DNA from: Octopus vulgaris
Taxonomy: Eukaryota
Assembly: GCA_951406725.2 (NCBI GenBank)
Contig: OX597825.1
Coordinates: forward strand, 12,400,001-12,464,000
Length of the DNA stretch: 64,000 bases
Direction of reading: 5' to 3'
Under the pieces are notes generated by a model. It did no database searches. It was not told where the DNA came from and worked only from the letters and a program-made list of their open reading frames with translations. The position numbers and the translations under genes are program-made. Shown piece after piece: positions 57,380-64,000 of this stretch. Position 1 is the first letter of the stretch. Each line of letters begins with the position of its first letter.

Positions 57380-57650
57380 GCGGCAATGGAAACCTCGACT
57401 AGCAGGTTCAGGTAAAGTAACGTCTTTGCAAATATCTGCTCCCGTGAATCTTCTGATCAAACTGTACCAACAGGTATGCACGATTGTATCCCAGATCATA
57501 AAACCTGGTGTCGCCCTAAAGGAAGCAAACTTTAAGCAATGTAATTCTCGGTTGCTCTTATTGTACATTCCATCAGCGGAGCAGATGAACCAAAGGTTAC
57601 ATTTTAAGTAAAAAAGTCCTATTCTTCTCCGCTTTGATCGCACACTTCTT
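57380..57650 (-). mobile_element. Possible decayed Tc1-like transposase fragment
   Basis: ..SADG..RE.HC..TPGFMIWDTI..SLIRRFTG resembles the Tc1 DG..PGVMVWG.I....S.L..I.G segment; no TIRs seen. Confidence 0.35.
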
Positions 57651-58504
57651 GGGTTTGGCGTATCCTGTTCTGTTGTTGAAGACTTGACCCTCTATTACAA
57701 ACACACACACTCACACTCTCACACTTTAATGTTTTACACATTTCAGTCATGACATTGCGTCCATATATAGAATATTCAATGTCATACAATAACTGATTTC
57801 GTGACCATTTTCAAGTAAAAAAATCAATTATAAAATGTTACACACACACGCGCACACACACACACACACACACGTATGTATGTATGCATGTATTTATGTA
57901 TGCATGTATGTATGTATGTGTGTGCGTATGGATGCGTGTATGTATATATGTATGTATGTATGTAGGTAGGTATGTATGTAAGTATGTATGTGTGTATGAA
58001 AGGTTTCTAACTAGAATGATGTATATTTAGAATGTATATTTTTACTCAGATGTTCATGCCAAAATAATTTATTAATTAATGAACTCGGCATCAGACAATA
58101 AGTAATGATATATATTTGTAGGGGAATGCCTCACTTTATTAATATATTTTAGTCTACGTGGTACGTATTGAATAATCTATTTTTATCCGTGTAACTAAAC
58201 TACATTTATTATGTACGTGTCAATCCGTGTGTGCGTCTGAGTGTTTATAAATGCGTATGTGAGTGTGTACGCGTGCACGAGAGAGTGTGGTGCCTGCGTG
58301 TATGTGTAGAAACCGATGTTATTTTGGTACATGTAAGTGGGATGAAGAAATTGTTGGAGCTATTGAGAAGTGTGTGTACTCGGGGGATTTATATAAATTG
58401 GAATCAATAAGCGAAGTATAGTATATTGGGAGCCTGTATTTAATAGACTGGCTTTTTCCAAACACTGAAACATGTTCCATAATCAATCGATAAAAGTTTG
58501 TTAT

Positions 58505-58721
58505 GGTGGCGAGCTGGCAGAACCGTTAGCACACCGGTCGAAATGCGTCTGCCGTTAGGTTCTGAGTTTAAATCCCGCCGAGGTCGACTTTGTCATTCAT
58601 CCTTTCGGAGTCGATAAATTAAGTACCAGTTACGCACTGGGGTCAATGTAATCGATTCAATCCGTTTGTCATTCCTTGTTTGTCCCTTCTATGTTTAGCC
58701 ATATTGTGGGTAATAAAGAAA
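58505..58721 (+). mobile_element. Family-A SINE
   Basis: GGTGGCGAGCTGGCAGAACCGTTAGC head to AATAAAGAAA. Confidence 0.88.
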
Positions 58722-59195
58722 CCGATTCAAATTTGTAGGGAGAAGAGTAATTTTACGTGAAGTTTGGTTTAGTAACGCCGGTTTGTTTTTCCTATGGCTG
58801 TCAACATAATTTTACTTAGTGATTTCCAGGTTGAGATTAGCAGTTTTATCATTGATACATACAGTTTTAAAGTCACAATATATCTTATGTTTTATTTGTT
58901 TCAGTCATTAGACTGTGGCCATTGCTGAGGCACCGCCTAGACGAACTTTTAGCAGGATTAATCGACCTCCAGTATTTGTACCTTCGAAGCCTAGTACAGG
59001 GCATGAGACGCGCAAATAAAAGTGGCATGGACTTTGACACCCCAACACCAATTGTCATACAGGGATGGAGTACAATTCCAGACTCAAGGACATACACCGA
59101 ACTCACACAAACTCTCTCTCTCTCTCGTGTGTATCTATATAACTATGTATGCATGCATGTATGTATGTATGTATGTATGTATGTATGTATGTATG

Positions 59196-59226
<31 letters not shown>

Positions 59227-59267
59227 GTTTGTTTGTATGCATGTATGGATGTTTCCGTGTATCTATA

Positions 59268-59310
<43 letters not shown>

Positions 59311-59355
59311 ATATATATATATATATATATATAGATAGATATATATATATATATA

Positions 59356-60590
<1,235 letters not shown>

Positions 60591-60814
60591 AAATATATTG
60601 ATATTATGATAATTTTTTGACCAATGGAGGATCTTCTCTTTGGAGACATTGAGGGCCTGCTTCTCATTATGTGAAATATTTTAAGAGTTTAAATCCATCT
60701 CTGGAACATAAATAATATATTTTCCCGGTTTGGAGAAAAATACAGTTGTGAACTTCAGAAGTTACGCGAATTAACACACACACAACCTGTTTTTTATATA
60801 TATAAATATATATA

Positions 60815-60945
60815 TGACGGACCTCTTTCACTTTTCGTCTACCAAATCCACTCAGAAGGCGCTTTGGTCGATGCGAAGTTATAATAGAAGACACTTGCCC
60901 AAAGTGCCATGCCGTGGAACTGAACCTAGTAACATGCGGTTCAAT
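60815..60945 (-). mobile_element. Family-B SINE 5' fragment
   Basis: GTCTACCAAATCCACTCA..AGAAGACACTTGCCCAA. Confidence 0.75.
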
Positions 60946-61412
60946 ACATTCCCGCTCATATTTAATGTTTTCAATGAAACTGAAATTAATTACAACGGTC
61001 TTTGAAGATTTCATATTAATTCCTAGACACCACGGACATTTTATCCGAAAGGATCAACAATCCCATTACGACATCATTAATGTGCAATAAGCTACGGAGA
61101 TCACATGTTGTGCTGTAGATGATGTGTTCATGTGGGATTGGGAACAAAGGAAAACAATCAATGCTAAACGCGAGGAACTTAATGGTATTGTAAACAAAAT
61201 ATGATTCTTTGGCGAAGACTGTCAAAGGAGAGCCGATCGGTGAATGGCATGCGTATGTACGGCTTTGTAAATAGCATCGGTTCCCTCGGCGTGTCGCTCG
61301 TCGCTTTGGTGATAATACATAAATACACAGAGAATCAGACATATAAATAGACACGCATACAGAGATATACACAAGCGCATATATATATATACATGCATAT
61401 ACATATATTCAT

Positions 61413-61457
<45 letters not shown>

Positions 61458-61730
61458 CTAATATAACTCCAAACTTACAGGGAATAATTCAATTTAGTAT
61501 TAAATCAAATTATTTATAATTATTAATATATATTGGTCATTCATTTTTATACATTCTGAGATCTAGTTATATGTTTTATAAAAAAATATATTTTTTATTT
61601 ATGTTTGGTTTATGTCTATCACTGTTTGAGTTGCATAATAGTGGTTTTATCTCTAATTTATTATATATATATTTATATACACACATACATAAACATATAT
61701 ATGTGTATATACATATTCATACTGATACAT

Positions 61731-61807
<77 letters not shown>

Positions 61808-62586
61808 GGTATGCATGCATATAATGACGTCTGTGAAACAAGAGCGTGTGTCAACAGCGCCAGATCGTCTCCAGAATAAGGGAAACGATCTGTTTTCTTT
61901 AATACCACATGAATCCCAGACAATCCTTGATCCTTCTTGTTATTCTTAATTATAGATCATCGGTCGCACTTGCTAGCAGGCATTTGTTTACCTTCTCTCC
62001 AAGCGAAAATCCGTTGATTAAATGAATATCATATGTCACAGATTACTCAATATAACTTTATTACTCAATATAACTTTATTCGTCTGTTGTATAATAGCAA
62101 GCAACCAGCTACTCTGAATTACTTCCCTTTGTTCATCTTTTGAATAATTTATGCAAATTAGTTAAAGCCATTCACGTTTTCCTTTATTTTTTTCTGAAAT
62201 ATAACTTTCAAAAATTGCCAGTTTCAAGGGAGGGGTGAAGTCAATCACATCACCTGCGCTAATGAACTGCTTCTGATTTCACCGACCCCGTGATGATGAA
62301 AGGTGAATTCGTATACGGTGGTATTTGAACTCAGAACATTAAGACGGACGAAACACAGCTAAGCACTTTGTCCAGCCTGCTAAAACTGCTAAACTTTTTG
62401 TTAATATAACATATCTTACGCTTTCCCTTTGCTCTCTTTCTGCTCTCTTTTGTTGAATGCCATTCTTATCTCACAAAATTCTCGATTTAGAAGACTGTCG
62501 CCCATCTTTAATTACTGTGGTCACAATATATGCCAAGGGTTTTGCTACTCTCTTTACTTTTTATTTACTTGTCTGCTGTCTGTCTG

Positions 62587-62630
<44 letters not shown>

Positions 62631-62973
62631 ATTTAGTAAATCAAGGAGATTATTTTCTCCTCTGCCCAACATCATGACAAATGCCTGAATTGCTACAAAA
62701 ATTTTACCAGGACACATATCAAATTTTCTCCGGACACATACCTATGGCATTGTCAAGATACGTATGAATATGATTATTACATACGTTATGGCTCTCTCGA
62801 AATAGCATTGGAAATATGTATTTTATACAATTCTTATATTCTTCTAACGTCTTGTTCCTTTATTCTCTAATCTGTATTTTGTACTGAACGTAAATATACG
62901 TCTACAGGCTACCATAATATTGTCCCTCTCTCCCCCTTCTCTATCTCTGTCTGTTTCACTCTGCATGTGTGTA

Positions 62974-63083
<110 letters not shown>

Positions 63084-63104
63084 TGTATGTATCTATGTAT
63101 GTAT

Positions 63105-63400
63105 AATGTGGTTAGAGCAGCGGACTCACTGTCGAGGGGTCGCGGGTTCGAATCTCAGACCGGGCTACGTGTGTGTTTATGAGCGAAACACCTAAGCTCC
63201 AAGCGACTCCGGCAGAAGGTAATGGCGAACTTCTGCTGACTTTTTCGCCACAACTTTCTCCCACTCTTTCCTCCTGCATCTTGCAGTTCACTTACGACGG
63301 ACTGGTGTCCCGTCCACGTGGGGAACCTTTAAGCCAGCGAAACCAGGAAAACGGCCCTTATGAGCCAGGCATTCTTCCAGAAGGAATAAACAACAATAAT
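63105..63400 (+). mobile_element. Family-C-related SINE with a GGACTGGTGTCCCGTCCA-type tail
   Basis: GTGGTTAGAGCAGCGGACTC..GGGTTCGAATCTC..GAGCGAAACACCTAAGCTCCA. Confidence 0.8.
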
Positions 63401-63495
63401 GTATATAAGACAGTCTGTCACCGGCTGACACTCGCTGACAATACATCGAAGAGTCCAGGGAACAGAAGAAAGAAGACATGCACCCAACACCAGAG

Positions 63496-63640
63496 CTGAA
63501 GACGCCTCCGAAAGGGGGGGGGGCACGTCAAACCGGTAGAGGAGTAGGGGCCGAAACCGGACGTGGTTCCTCCTGATGATGTCTTGAGCTAACTGGATCC
63601 TATAAAGGAGCTGTTGTAGTAGCAGACCACGAAACACGGT
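63496..63640 (+). ncRNA. Two tandem hammerhead-like cores just before a (TA)n tract
   Basis: CTGAAGA(63496)...GAAACCGG(63553) and CTGATGA-TGTCT(63573)...AGACCAC-GAAAC(63631). Confidence 0.45.
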
Positions 63641-64000
63641 TGTAATTCCTCCTATATATATAAATATACATACATGCACACACATACACTCACATATATA
63701 CATACATGCGTACATACACGTGTACACACACGCACATACATACACGCCGGAGTAAACACTTTCCTATACTCAACCACACACGCACACACACACATACAAG
63801 CGCACGAATTGTTTGGAGAAAGCCGAGGAAGGGGACAGACGGAAAGGCTGTCAGAAAGAGAGGGTGAGCCGTATGCATGTTCCAGATGTCACATTCATTT
63901 TTCAGTATCTCTTAATTTTCTCACGACCTTCTCTTCGGTGCACAGCTATCAGTTTGTTTTGTCAGTTATTCGGTCTCTGTCTTCAATTCTCTCTTTCACT

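Overview
Repeat-dense, AT-rich eukaryotic DNA, most likely intronic or intergenic sequence from an octopus or other cephalopod (inferred from the tRNA-headed SINE families and the extreme (TA)n/(CA)n/(TATC)n/(TAA)n load; not proven). I can support no intact host protein-coding gene; nearly all track ORFs are microsatellite or SINE read-throughs. Supported content: (i) about 35 copies or fragments of three tRNA-derived SINE families; (ii) a 5'-truncated R4/Dong-like LINE end (restriction-like endonuclease domain) inside a (TAA)n tract; (iii) a decayed CR1/L2-group LINE end; (iv) an internally deleted Tc1/mariner, MITEs, a non-autonomous Helitron and a DINE/Helentron-like element; (v) two 3' ends of a (TATC)n-associated retroelement. 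The most interesting signal is a recurring set of insertions in (TA)n tracts built as inverted arm + inverted arm + one-sided tail, some with hammerhead-ribozyme-like cores (CTGANGA...GAAA), plus short hammerhead-bearing repeats. These resemble Penelope-like or retrozyme-type elements. There is also a ~450-bp zero-spacer palindrome made of SINE pieces. All family assignments are by eye; no database search was run.
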